64,000 nucleotides of DNA, taken from positions 806,001-870,000 of the forward strand of contig NW_025950341.1 in the NCBI RefSeq assembly GCF_021028975.2, in the 5' to 3' direction. This DNA is from Sphaerodactylus townsendi (taxonomy: Eukaryota). Positions 50,431-63,520 of this stretch are shown here, piece by piece; position 1 is the stretch's first letter; each line of letters opens with the position of its first letter. The position numbers were made by a program, and so were the translations under genes. Under the pieces are notes generated by a model. That model saw nothing but the letters and a program-made list of their open reading frames with translations, made no database searches and was not told the DNA's origin.

Positions 50431-51125
50431 CACATGGTGGTAGTTCATATTTCACATCACATCTTTTTATAGCCTAGAGATGTGCTCATTTCTCTTTCAT
50501 TTTAATTCAAATATGCAGTTGCTATGGAGATGCCTACAACATGTAAATCTAATGTCTCTACTCAAGATTGTATTTAACTAATTGAAGCTTGTGGATCTAC
50601 AATGTCCACTAGGCAGATACTGTGTATATTATGAAGTATCAAGTCTCTGAATTGAGGATTTGGACTGAATTGTACCACAATAATTTGTTTATCTCCTAAA
50701 ACACTGAGTAAAATTATAGCCACATGGAATACAAACCCCATGGCAATATGCATATCTTAAGGAGGTCTGTTTTTCTTCCATAATGGGGTTATGTATGTCG
50801 AGATTTAGGTCCTACTTTCTGTTGATGGAAAAAACATGTCATTGAAAGAAGGGGACAATTTCCACTGATTCCCCTTCCTACCGTACAACCCCCACTTTGC
50901 CTCTGTTCTGTTTATGAAGGTCCATTGATGCCCCCAGAACAAAATTTAGGGGGGGGGGTCAGTGGACTGTAATGGGAGAGGAAAACAGGAACGTTCCACT
51001 CTACAAGATCTACCCCAATAGTGGATCTTGTTGGATACGGCCAGCTTGTGAAAGCACACATTTCCCTTGACATAGCCAGGATATCTGTCAAATCTGGGAT
51101 ATGCTTCTGCTGGCAAATTAACCTT

Positions 51126-51323
51126 GGCCCTTTCCCCACTTACCTTAAGCCCCGCGCTACTCTCCGCAAGCGCGCGGCATCCCTGGTGCTGGCGAAAATG
51201 GCACCTTTGGATGACCCCACGCAGAGCGCGGGGTCGTGGGGACGCCCGGACACGCGCCAGGGATGCCGCGCGCTCAGAACAGTGCACAGCGGCAGCTGCA
51301 GCAGGAGAAGTGGGGAAAGGCCC
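51126..51323. mobile_element. Young CpG-rich PIF/Harbinger-like MITE
   Basis: TIR GGCCCTTTCCCCACTT / AAGTGGGGAAAGGCCC; 3-bp TSD CTT; internal AGCGCGCGGCATCCCTGG inverted repeat. Confidence 0.82.
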
Positions 51324-52035
51324 CTTGGTGGGGAAAGGCCCCTTGGCCCCTTCAGCTGAAGTAGTTTTAGGTAATTAACAACACTATTATGGATAGCCAA
51401 CTTTTCTATTTGTTTGAGGAAGACAGTAGCTTTAACACGCAAGCAATAACACTCAAGTATAGTTGTCAATTAAAATGGGCTCTAGTAACTCTCCAGTAAT
51501 TAACAGTCAAAGTGGTTAATGCAGCCAGGTTGACATTCTAAAGATATATAAAAAATGACAGCCTTGGAAATGATCAGAGCGACAGACTATTATAACTGCA
51601 TTAATAGACCTTTTCAGACATTACAGCTACATGTAATGGGAACCCACCAATGGTTACACACACAATCCATGACACTCTCAGTATACACAGTCACTGTTTT
51701 CCATGAAGAGGGCAACACAGAGATTTTTTTAAGCGCGTACATCTTTGGTGCACACTAAACTGAATCCTAAGAGCTCAAAAGAGAAGCTTCTCAGCTTTTG
51801 CATCTTGCAAAGGCATGGCTCAGTACATTGCATTCATTTTATGTAGCTGCCAGACCATATCAATGAGTCCATTAGGAAAGGAAGAGAAATACATTGCCTG
51901 TAATACAGAAACATGCACCAGAGTCTGATGAAACTCTCCATTTCCTCCAGGGCTGGATCTACATTTTTTTGAAGAGGGGCAAATGCACAAAATGACATCC
52001 CTTATATATTATATACCTAATTATATATATACTTT

Positions 52036-52171
52036 CTACTCAGACTGGTAACAGCTCTCCAGGGTCTTAGGCAGAAATATTTACCTGGTCCTCTCATTGG
52101 AGATGTTAGGGATTGAATCTGGGATTTTCTGCATGCCTAGCAAATGCTATACAGAGCCACAGCCCCTTCCT
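52036..52171 (-). mobile_element. Squam2-like SINE
   Basis: Reverse complement homologous to 39718-39860. Confidence 0.62.
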
Positions 52172-52250
52172 CCACTGATTTCCTCCCACTATTTAGAACT
52201 TGGCCATATCCTAACCCTGCTGCTATAATTTACAATTAATTCTCAGAAGA

Positions 52251-52252
<2 letters not shown>

Positions 52253-52284
<32 letters not shown>
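52253..52284. repeat. (CT)n microsatellite
   Basis: Direct reading of the sequence. Confidence 0.95.
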
Positions 52285-52286
<2 letters not shown>

Positions 52287-53382
52287 AACAGAATATGAAC
52301 AGCTAAAGTTCTTATAAAATCCCCTTTTGGAAATTAATGTTGCCTAAATTCAAGAACATGCTTTTGAGCCATGCTATGGATTTTGCTTCAATACACACAC
52401 CTTGAAATACCTTGCCTATCAAACCATGTAATGGGGATCCTTAATTCCTTAAATGGAACAGGACAAATTCTGCAAAAGTGAGCAATCACATGGAAATGTA
52501 CTCAAGTTACATCATTTATTCTGAACACAAAAAAGGGGTGTTTCCTGGCAGCATACCTACTCAGCTCTGGCTGCAGTAAATAAATCAGCCCACCTTAATT
52601 TTAGCAAGGATCATATTCCTGGAGGGAAAAACCCCTTTCTAAGCAGAACACATTCTGTCCTGCAAAAAGAAATCTAAAAGAAATAATGAGAACCTCAAAT
52701 TGCTGAGGTTAGCTCATTTTGAATGTGAATGCAAAGTCTGCTTTGATTTTGTGAGTTTTGTGAGAAGGGAAATTTTTACAGCTCTTTCCTCCAAAGCAAG
52801 TCGAAAATGAAAAGACCTACAAAGTGCTAACCAGCTGATACAGTTAACTGAGTCAATGAAACAAAAGCAGCCACACATTAAATATGCCAAACTGCAGGGA
52901 ATGATGAATTCAGAAAGCTGTTTATGATCATTTGCCACAATTATAATGTAAATACATGGTAAATTTATTCTCTATATGGAAAAAGATGACCCATTTGCTG
53001 GTTCTTTCATCACACATCTCCTGAAGCATAATTTTGTAGGTATATTGCCCCCCCCCCTCACCACCAACCTCCTCTCACCAGCCAGTCACTTGTCTTGACC
53101 AGTTGCCTGGCTTCCCATCTGTCTGCCCACTTAGCTACCCTGTTTATAAAAATATTTGAAATAGTGCAGAGGTATCTGCTCTGGATCCTGGATAGGAGGG
53201 TGATGGTGATGCTCCAAATGGCAGACCTCCTTGACCCACTACTGTTATCATTTAGCAGGACAATACGGATGGGAGGAGTTGGTTATCTGTATGGTCTTGT
53301 AATGTCCTATCAAGTGCTAAGAATAATTTTAGCACACATTAACAGAAATCTAGGATAAAGTTCTCCTAATTACTCAGCACCT

Positions 53383-53705
53383 GAAGAAGAAGAAGGAGAA
53401 GAAGAAGAAGAGGAGGAGGAGTAGTTTGGATTTATATCCCCCCTTTCTCTCCTGTAAGGAGTCTCATAGGGGCTTACAATCTCCTTTCCCTTCCCCCCCT
53501 CACAACAAACACCCTGTGAGGTAGGTGGGGCTGAGAGAGCTCCAAAGAACTGTGAGTCATCCAAGGTCACCCAGCTGTGTTGGAGTGAACAAGGTAATCT
53601 AGTTCACCAGATAAGCCCCCACAGCTCAAGTGGAAGAGCGAGGAATCAAACCCGGTTCCCCAGATTAGAGTTCACCTGCTCTTAACCACTACACCACACT
53701 GGCTC
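53383..53705 (-). mobile_element. Squam3-like SINE, full length
   Basis: Reverse complement closely matches 12061-12396, including the (CTT)n tail. Confidence 0.88.
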
Positions 53706-54735
53706 TTAAAGGATGAATACCTCCAACCATTAATCAAGTGATAATTTATCACAGCATAACATGAAACCACTTTGTTAGGGGGTCACCTGTACTGTTCTGT
53801 CAACCAGTGAGGAGAATGTTTTCACACTTTTCCACCTGACCAGATATCGGGGGAAGTGGCAACATTTTCCTTATCTCTTGCCAGAACAATACAGCTTACC
53901 AGGCCATTATATACCATAGGATCGGTCATTATATACCATAGGCCATTATATAGGATTGGTGTGACTCCAATTTAGCTCTGTTGTTACACTGCACTCCACA
54001 TGGGCTTGTCACTTCATGACCCCAAGGTCACAAGAATCTGAATGTGTAAATAGGAATTTCTAGACAAGAAACTTGTCTACCATGTAATGACAAACATAAA
54101 ATTGCTACTTTTTAAAAACTTTGGGGCTATATCAAAAGCCACCATGTGCTTTTAAAAAGCATTGCTGAGAACTCAGGACCACATAGATGTAAACACACAC
54201 ACACAAAATAGAGTTAATCCTACAAAATTCTTAGATTTAAATACAACTGTGACATCTCAACAGTTTCAGTAATGTATGACTTTTAATCAAGGCATGGGCT
54301 GTTTGAAAGCTGTTTTAAATTCACAGTAAAGTTTTCCAACAGGACCGAACCCCCAACTGGCGGTCTCCCAAAGGAATTTTGTTTCCAGCTTTGAACCTTA
54401 CACTTAAAGTTAGATCATATTAATTTATATTTGTCCAACCCAGCACAAGGACTGTCTGAATTAGCGAGGTGACCCTTTAGATTGCAAAGCAGAGTTCAAG
54501 CCCAGGCACTGACAGGAATGATTGCATTCAATCGAAGTGTGGTGTTGAGTCATTTTGGATTTTGATTGCATCAGGTAAAGGGTCACAATGAGAAACAGTA
54601 GCTGCTCACCCAGGAGAAATTTAAGGTGGCCGTCTAGACCACACATAGCACTTAAAAGCAAATGTATCAGAATTTGAGAAATGTCTAAGTGAGAGGGGCT
54701 AGAAAGGAAAACTAAAAGGCAGCCTTGTGAACAGA

Positions 54736-55335
54736 GGTCTGTTCCACACAGCACAAAAAAGGCATCTGTGGGACATCTTAAAAAGAGCCGACTGCCTCTT
54801 TTCACTCTGCACATCCAAAATAAGATGTCTGGAGGATGTGTTAAAAAGAGGTTTTTCAGACAGCAAAGGCATCACAGGGGAAAAGAGGATTTTTCCACCT
54901 GACCATTTTGCTTTCAGGTCCATTTCCCCTTCAGTTTGTGCCCAACATTTTGTGTGTAGCTGAAGAAATTCTCCCTGCTGCTATTCGCTGAAGATTGCCC
55001 CTGGATATTTGCTCTGTAGGCTGCAATCCTGAGTGCCTTTTCAGCCCCAAAAGAACATAGTTGTACTTAGCCGGTCCTGTCGATTTTGGCAATTTATAGT
55101 TTTCCTTTAATTTTTTTTTTTCTATTGAGCTATCTCCATAGCTATGCAGGCACAAATATGAGAATCTTAGTCACTTGAAGACCACTCTACCTCTCATTAA
55201 GAAGCACTGGGTTGACCTGCCCTTTATGGACTGACTAGTTTTTTTGTTATGGCACAGAAAAATTGTCAATCTGCAGAGGACAGGTCAACTCAATGCTTCT
55301 CAATGTGTATTTTCTGTCACTTAGACCCTGATGCT
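54736..55335. mobile_element. Harbinger-like long MITE, left arm
   Basis: GGTCTGTTCCACACAGCAC start; colinear with 61720-62280. Confidence 0.65.
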
Positions 55336-55408
55336 ACCCAACTTAACAGTGTACGAACTTATTTTTATAGAGCAATGGGGAATTACTCAACTTGGCAATG
55401 CAAGAGAT

Positions 55409-56340
55409 GGGTTGGGAGTGGATCTTTTTAGATAACTATACCAGAAATGGCTTGAAACGTATCCACAGAGAATTCACAAAAGACCAAATTGCAGTTCAAA
55501 TATTTTTATATAAGTTTTGGTTGCAAACAATCACACAGTGAGACGTTAAGGCACATACACACAGTTCCTAAGTATATAAACAGGGAGGAAAAGATAGGTT
55601 GGATGATAGAATGGGAGTTGGGGAAGCAGGGGACTTATATGTTACCTAAAATCTGCAGAGAAGTTCCAGAAGAAGCAAGGATCTCTTTGCCAGCAAAGGG
55701 ACCCAAGCGAAGGACGATATACTGTGTCTCACACCAACTTGACCAAGGGAGGTTCCGGTTAGAAATGAGCACTGAGGCTCTGGTGAGCAGAACTTTTATA
55801 CCCCTTTGTGCAGGTAAGGTGGGAAATTCAAACTTAGGTTTCGTTTCTTTGCAACTGCTTGGGGTTTCCTTGCTGGACTTGCGGGGTTGAGCTAATGAGC
55901 AGATCTGTCTATTGTCTCTACTTCCCAGGACAATGGGGCCAATTGGTCCTAAATTATATCAGTGATACCTTGAATGGTTTATGCAGAGGTGCTTCCTAAA
56001 GTCTCTGCCTTAAGTATTCAAATTTGGCTGAGGCTTGAGTGAATCAGGAAGGGATCTTGTTGTTAGGGAGATCATATCTGAGAGGTGGGGGAAATGCAGG
56101 GAAGAGGCAATTGTTTGGAGAAATGTTTTCTCAAGAGAACAGCATCAGGGACTTCAAAAAACAGCTTAGCAAGATGTGGTGTTCAGGAGTTCTACAGATT
56201 CCATTATGTTAACAGAGTACGCTGGCAGGGTGGGATAATAGTAGTATTGCCTGGAGTAACTCATAGATTTAATCTCTGCAAACAGATTGTTTTGCCTTAG
56301 GCTTGCTTTCAGCTTGGACACTCTGCTATCCACCAATACA
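55409..56340 (-). mobile_element. Probable solo LTR, related to 33587-34642
   Basis: Ends TACA; TTCCTAAGTATATAAACAG..GATAGGTTGG..GTTACCTAA mirrors 34410-34495. Confidence 0.45.
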
Positions 56341-56859
56341 AACATGGAAACTGGCATTTTGTAGCACACAGTGTAAGGAATAATATGAAAATCCAATAAT
56401 TCATAAGGTAGGGGCTGAAGGCCATGCTAACACTGAAGACCACCTGCCAGTCAGAATGAACAATAGTGCTAGATAGATTGATTGTGTCCACAGATATTTT
56501 CTGTTCCCTTCTGAAACCAACTCACATAAAAACAAAAAAAATCTGGTCTGAAACTAGCATTGCTTTCTCTTTTTAAGGTACCCAATCTCTGATCAGTAAG
56601 AGTGGCTATTCTTATGAAGTCAACATTACCAAGCAGATTCATGTGTTTAAATCTTGATGTGACACAAGATGGCTCGATTTAAGGAGGAAAAGTCTTTGGA
56701 ATGAGGAGAATAAAACCTTCTCCTCCATGGTTTATTTTCCTTCAGTCCTTCTCTGTAGTGGCTTTTCCCTCAGCTAGTCTAATGTAGTTTTGGAGTCCTG
56801 GCTAAAAGAAAAGTACTTGAAGAGACAGGCAGGTGAAGTGAGGACACTCTGCACAGCTC

Positions 56860-58415
56860 ACTTATGAATACCGTATGTAGTTCTGGTCACTGTTTTTCAA
56901 AAGTAATATTACAGAGCTGGGAAAAGAACAAAGGAGAGCAACCAAGCTGATTAAATCTTTGAGTACTTTGAGGAAAGTCTGAAAAGTCTGTGATTTTTCA
57001 GTCTGAAAAAAAGATGGTAAAAGGAAGCTATGATAGTTTATAAAATTCTGCATAGAATGGAGAATGTGAATATGGAAAAGCTTTTTTGCCCTTTCACATA
57101 ATACTAGAACTTAGAGGCACTCAATGAAGAGGTTGGGGAATAGGTTCAGGGCAGACAAAAGGAATACTTCTTTACTCCATGAGGTAGTGATGGTCAAAAG
57201 CATAGATAGTTTTAAAAGGAGTTTAGAAACATTCATGGAAGAGAGGTTCATCAATAGTTACTAGTCATGGTAAATGAGGCAGCAAACCTCTGAATATCCA
57301 GTAGCAGGGGTTGAGCAATTTGTTTAAACCTGAGGGCAGTGATGTAGGAATAGATTTTTATGGGGAGTTGGGGGCGGGGCCACGCCCCCACCCACCTCTG
57401 AGGGTGTGGCCATGTCTCTCCAAGCCCTGCCCCATCCTCAGTACTTATAAAAGCAGCTCTCCGAGGCCAGGGATGGCAGAATCCCCTGCCCTGCCCCCCC
57501 ACCAGCTGGGCTTCCAGCCGGCAGCTGGCAGTCCCTTCTGTCCACCCCTCCGGGCAGAGGAGTAATTAGGGAAAATGAAGCCTTGTGCAAAATCTGAGTT
57601 TGGCGCCCCCCCTCAATGGACGGCCATTGTGATGTTGGAATCCACCCCCAAACAGCATCACTTTCAATAGTGGTTAAACTAGAGAGCCCAGATTCTCCTT
57701 TTAAATCCACCCTAAAGGGAGAATCTGGGGTCCCCAGTTAAAACAACATTGAAAGTGATGCTGTTTTGGGGTGGATTATCACCCACTCTGAAACAGCATC
57801 ACTTTCAATGTTTAAACTGGGGACCTCAGATTCTCCCTTTAAAACCATGCCAAAGGGATTTAAAAGGAGAATCTGGGGAAATTTGGGGGGTGCCTGCTGT
57901 TGGGGGTGCAATTGTTAAGCTAGCTGCACCAAAATTTCAGGGTATCTTTAGTAGACTTTCCTGATGATACCATCCAGGTTTGGTGAAGTTTGGTTCAGGG
58001 GGTCCAAATTATTGACCTTCAAAGGTGTAGCCCTCATCTCCTATTAGCTCCCATTGGAAACAATGGGGGATGGGGGCACCCCTTTTGGGAGTCCATAACT
58101 TTTGGGAGTCCTGAACCAAACTTCGCCAAACCTAGGTGATATCATCAGGAGAATCTCCCAAAAAACGCTGAAAGTTTGATGCTGCTATCCTAAAAGCTGC
58201 ACCCCCTACAGACCAAAAACTGAAAACACACTAAAAAATACAAAAATGCACACAAACGGGAGCGGAGCTTCACACATGTAATGTGGAGGTTGAACCTGGG
58301 AACACCCACCTTACCTATGTCCTTGCCTGAGGGGCAACTGTTGGACACTGTGTGAAACCAGTACTGGGACAGGTAGACTACTGCTCTGATCCAGCAGGCT
58401 TTTCTTATGTCCTTA
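56860..58415 (+). mobile_element. Old CR1 3' fragment split by a hAT insertion
   Basis: EYRM*FWS...KRATKLI and FRADKR remnants; 3' tail GGGCAACTGTTGGACACTG...TTCTTATGT resumes at 58332. Confidence 0.8.
57337..58325. mobile_element. Composite hAT element
   Basis: Termini CAGTGATGTAGG / CCTATGTCCTTG; perfect TSD CCTGAGGG; contains an internal second terminus at ~57555, the hairpin array and the palindromic module. Confidence 0.85.
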
Positions 58416-61197
58416 CTCTCATATATACCTCTTTATTTTCTTATTTAGAAATTCTGTGTGCTACCTCTCTAGAGAGTTTGCACACCTTACAAAATAGAGC
58501 ATGATAAAAAATATAGAACAGCATTAAAAAGTGTTCAAAACCCAGACACCACGGAAAAAGAAAATAAAACATTTGGCAGCTTAAACTGAATCTCATAAAA
58601 CAGATCTCAGGATAGAGACAAATTTTAAAAAGCATTTAGAAGATCAAACTCCTCAGCAAAATTTCTGGTTACAAAGAACTGTTTTGACTTGACACATGAA
58701 AGAATAGGGCAGGCACCAGGTAAAATTCAAGAAGGGCATTCCACCAGTGAGACTCCAGAGTTGAAGGGGCCCTGTGTCTGGTTAGCATGTACCCAGGAAT
58801 GCAGTGGAAGGAAATAGCAGCCCTGGGAAAGTGCCTTGTGGTTTCACTCTTAAACTGCCATCCCAAAGAAGGGAGGAAGCAAAGGAGAAAGAACCTGCCC
58901 TGCCAGCATGTATAGAATTTGGCCAGGCACTTCTTTGCCCACATGAGGCTTCCTTACCCCATGCAGGGATCAGCCATTGTCTTGGAATATTGGCAGTTCA
59001 CACCCTCCCCACACAGGCTTGTAATGGCCCTCACTTGGGTCTGGGTTGACTCCAGTGGGGGGCTTAAGGGCCAATCCACTCCTGTAGCCCACCTCATTTC
59101 TACAAATAAGGGCAGAGACAGCGGGGCTTCTGAAGAGAATCTTAACTGATGAGGTCCTCCAAGTACTGTGGCCCAAGTTTAGAACCCTAGTTTAGAACCC
59201 TAAAGATAAGAACCAGTACCTTTGCTCTTAAATTAGATCCTCATCTTCCTTCTTTCTAGGTTATTTAGCAGTGCTTCTAGGTTGAAACACATGGATATAC
59301 TGCCATCAGTCTCATTTGAGACTTGGTGTGGAGGAAAATACATTCTGCTCACTCTCAAAGGCCTGCTCCTTTTTGCTAATATGTAGCACATGCCTGGCAT
59401 TGAAAATTGTTTCTGGGTTGATTTTGGGTAAATGTGTAGTTCAGTTACACCCCAACTCCCATTCAGATTAACCTACATAATCTGGATTATAATGTGTCAC
59501 TCATAATAGAGAAAAAATAAAAGCAAGTTTCATTCCAGAGTTATCTGTTCGATGCAATGCAAGGAACATTTTGAGCAGTATCTAATTACCTAACCCTCGA
59601 GACATCTGAGACAAAACTTCCCAGACATTGCCCATTCCATGAACTCAGAAGATACTTTGCATAATGTATGCAATATCATCACTAGTTGGGAGCTTTTCTT
59701 AATTTATAAATTAGACAGTGAATTTGCTTGTGTTCATGTTCCAAGCTTAAAGACTGATCTTGTACATGTCTGTTCAGAGTTAACAAGGATTCTAAGGACC
59801 GCAGCCTTCATTTATAAAAAAAGTAGATATTGCTTATTGGATGGCTCAAATAATTTCAGCAATTTATAATTATATACATTCTAACACCTATATAGGAATC
59901 TATATGGAAGTTGAACCTTCCAGATGCAGGATGAAGAAAAAGGCTGTGTAAATTGCTAGAGCCTGCTCAGCTCCTTCCTATAGCTTAGAGAGGGAGAAAA
60001 CAAGAATGTAGATTTAGAAAAACTCAAAACATGGTACTAGGCATTGGTGGAGAGCTGGCTAAAAGAGTGTGGTAAGCAGTGAGCATGCTTATAATGATAA
60101 TTTATAACAGATTAGCCCAGGAGAATTCACTGTATTTCTACTGATGTAATACTAGATTCTGCATTATTTAACATGTCATGCATAATGCTTATGCTTTGTT
60201 AAAATAATAGCTCTGTTTAAAATTTCCGCAATTCCTAGTCCTATTGTGCAGTGTCCCTTGAGTCCCTTTGAGAAAGGCGGGCTATAAATACACTTTAAAA
60301 ATTGTCAAATTGATGATGATTGCAACTTGTAGTTGCTCCTTGTACAATCCACCTCCTTCTTTGTGTTTATAACACTTTGTATTGTGGATAGTGAAGCTCG
60401 AACATCCAGCAGTCTGGCTCATGTACTGTTTACTGGTTCCCAACAGATACCTGATTTTTTGTGGAGCAGTGTGATAATTCATCAGTGTATTCATCAGTGT
60501 TCAACAGGTTGTTTCACCATATTCCTTGCAAACCATATGGTACATTGCCGCTGGCTTTTTGCACATCTGCATTCACACACAGCCCAGTTGAGTTCTACCA
60601 CTCCCCCCACCTTACTGAGTTAACTGCTCTGCTTAGCAATTGCTTAAATAGACAATTAGATGACTGATAAATCATATAAATCAACTATGATCTGATTGCT
60701 ACCTTTGAATGTAGTTGTTTGACAGTCATCAGCATCCCTAATTGTGTAGTTCAATTTTGGGAAATAAGACTAATATGTATATGTTGCCATCTTTCAAAAG
60801 TTACCTTAATTCTGCAATATTCAGAATACGTTAATGTATAATATTTGGCCATCACTCTGGGTTTCCTTAATACTCTGGTGGACATCAGAAATGTATAGCA
60901 GGAACACAGAATTTTACAGTATGATGGCTGAACTGCTCGTGGTATGTGGTTTTAGCTGTTACAAGTTGAACAAGCATTACTTACCACAAGAATAAGAGTG
61001 TATCACCATGGTAACTCTAACAGGTCAGTTTCTGAAGTCATTTTCTTATTTTCTTCTCCTCTTGTAAATGTATGAGGTAAAGTATCAGCAAAAAAAAAGG
61101 ATATTTCCAAAATTCAAACCCGCTAACGTTATGGGACCCTGGGGTCAATGATGGTCTAATTTGATTCATTAGTTTGACAGTTCATCCAATAATTACT

Positions 61198-61248
61198 CAC
61201 ACACACACACACACACACCCACACACCCACACACACACACCCACACCC
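61198..61248. repeat. (AC)n microsatellite, interrupted
   Basis: Direct reading of the sequence. Confidence 0.93.
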
Positions 61249-61719
61249 CTGACAAGAGAGGAGAAAAATGTAGCTTGGGAGAGGGGCAAGGAGGAGATGA
61301 ATTACATGTTTCTGTTATTGTGAAGGATATACAAAAATGATGTATAAAAATTAATTTAAAAAAACAGCTGCTTCAAAACTAATTCTTGCAAGCAGTTGTT
61401 TTCTATTATCATGACTAGGACTGTTGAACCCTGTAATCTGCCCAGTATTAAATGCATTAATGCTCCGACTTTAAATTGGGGGGGGGGGGCTATTATAAGC
61501 CCAGAATCAGGTTATGACCCATCACACTTTGGTAAATTTGATAGCCTGATTTTGTCTTGTTCCTCTGTAACCACAACATTACTAGTTTGTTTAAGTCCTT
61601 AATCATTAACTTTTAAAAGGAGCAGCTAAAAAATCAAGAAGGCAAAGCAAATGAAAATCTCTTCATAGCTTTAGAACAGTTTTTACTTCAGCTAGAAAAA
61701 AGGTGAACAAGCAGACTAT

Positions 61720-63520
61720 GGTCCATTCCACACAGCACATACACACAAAAAATCCATGGGACGTTTTAAAATGAGGCAACTGCCTCTTTTCACTCGAATC
61801 ACCTGAAATAAGATTTTCAGGGGACATCGGAAAATGAGGTGGCTTCTGGGTGCTTTTTAGACAGTAAAGGTGTCAGAGGAAAAAAGAGGCTGTTTCCCTC
61901 CGACCGTTTTGCTCTCTGGTCAGTTTCACCCTGAGCTTGCGCCCAACATTTTGTGTGCAGTTGAAGGGATTCTCCCTGCCACCATTTGCTGAAAGTAGCC
62001 CCAGGATGTTTGCTGTGCAGGCTCCAATTCTGGGCATCTTTTTTGTCCAAAAAACACATATTTGTATTCAGCTAATCCTGTCAATTCTGGCAATATATGG
62101 TTCTCCTTTTTTAAAAAAAAGTCAAGGAGCTACCTTTTTAACTTTGCAGACACATATAAGAGAATCTTAGCCGCTCAAAAGATGGGTCTGACACATATTG
62201 ACCGGCCCTCTGCAGATTGACAGTTTTCCTGTGCAGTAAGAAAAAAACTGTGACTCCATGGAGGGCAGATCAACCCCTGCTTTCCAATGGGAGGTAGATG
62301 GGTTCTCTGAGTGGCTAAGATTCTTGTATTTGTGTCTGCATATCTGTGAAGATAGCTTTTCGAAAATTAAAAAAATAGGGAAACTATATATTGCCAGAAT
62401 CAGCAGGACCAGCTGAGTACAGCTATGTACTTTTGGGGCTGAACATAAGAACATAAGAACAAGCCAGCTGGATCAGACCAGAGTCCATCTAGTCCAGCTC
62501 TCTGCTACTCGCAGTGGCCTACCAGGTGCCTTTGGGGAGACTCCACATGTAGAAGGATGTGGAAGCGCCAATGGCCTTCTCATAGGCTGTTAGCTCCCGA
62601 GGTTAACCCTGGTCTGCTAAGAGCATTTGCAATCCTAAAGGAGGATCAAGGAGGATCAAGATTGGTAGCCATAAATCTGGACTTCTCCTCCATAAATCCT
62701 GCGTCCAAGCCCCTTTTTAGAAGCTATATCCAGTGGTTAGTGGGCCATCACCACCTCCTGTGGCAGCATATTCCAAACACCAATCACACGTTGCGTGAAG
62801 AAGTGTTTCCTTTTATTAGTCCTAATTCTTCCCCAAGCATTTTCAATGAATGCCCCCTGGTTTCTAGTATTGTGAGAAAGAGAAAAAAATTTCTCCTTGT
62901 CAACATTTTCTACCCCATGCATAATTTTATAGACTTCAATCATATCCCCCCTCAGTTGTCTCCTCTCCAAACTAAAGAGTCCCAAATGCTGCAGCCTTTC
63001 CTCATAGGGAAGGTGCTCCAGTCCCTCAATCATCCTCGTTGCCCTTCTCTGCACTTTTTCTATCACCTCAATATCCTTTTTGAGATGTGGTGACCAGAAC
63101 TGGACACAGTACTCCAAGTGCGGTCGCACCACTGTTTTATATAAGGGCATGACAATCTTTGCCGTTTTATTATCAATTCCTTTCCCAATGATCCCCAGCA
63201 TAGAGTTTGCCTTTTTCACAGCTGCCAAGCATTGAGTTGACATTCCCATGGAACTATCAATTAAGACGCCCAAAAAAAGGCACCCAGGATCAGAGCCTAC
63301 AGAGCAAACACTTCAGCAAATGGTGGCTGGGATAATCCCTTCAACTACACACAAAATGTTGGACAAAAGCTGATCAGAAAGCGAAACGGTCAGGCAGCAA
63401 ACATAAGATGCCCTCTCAGCTCTGCATTCCATATAGCCAGGCAGGAGATGTCTTGCAGGCAGCATAGAGAAAAAAGGTGCACTTTGAAGCATATTTTAAA
63501 AAAGGACTGGTTACACTCAA
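61720..63520. mobile_element. Long fold-back Harbinger-like MITE interrupted by CR1
   Basis: CCAACATTTTGTGTGCAGTTGAAGGGATT (~61942) mirrored by AATCCCTTCAACTACACACAAAATGTTGG (~63334); arms continue across the CR1 insert. Confidence 0.7.
62441..63271 (-). mobile_element. CR1 LINE 3' fragment
   Basis: ORF 62737-63273 AVKKANSMLG...VRPHLEYCVQFWSP...LFSLERRQLRGDMIEVYK; (TTCTTATG)n tail; same subfamily as 9152-9773. Confidence 0.95.

Noticed and set aside
51126-51323. Second CpG-island promoter (also 28967-29426)
   Set aside because: CpG richness is confined within transposon boundaries.
57180-57200. let-7-like TGAGGTAG seed
   Set aside because: Lies in the CR1 EVVM-coding remnant; the rest does not match let-7 and there is no hairpin.
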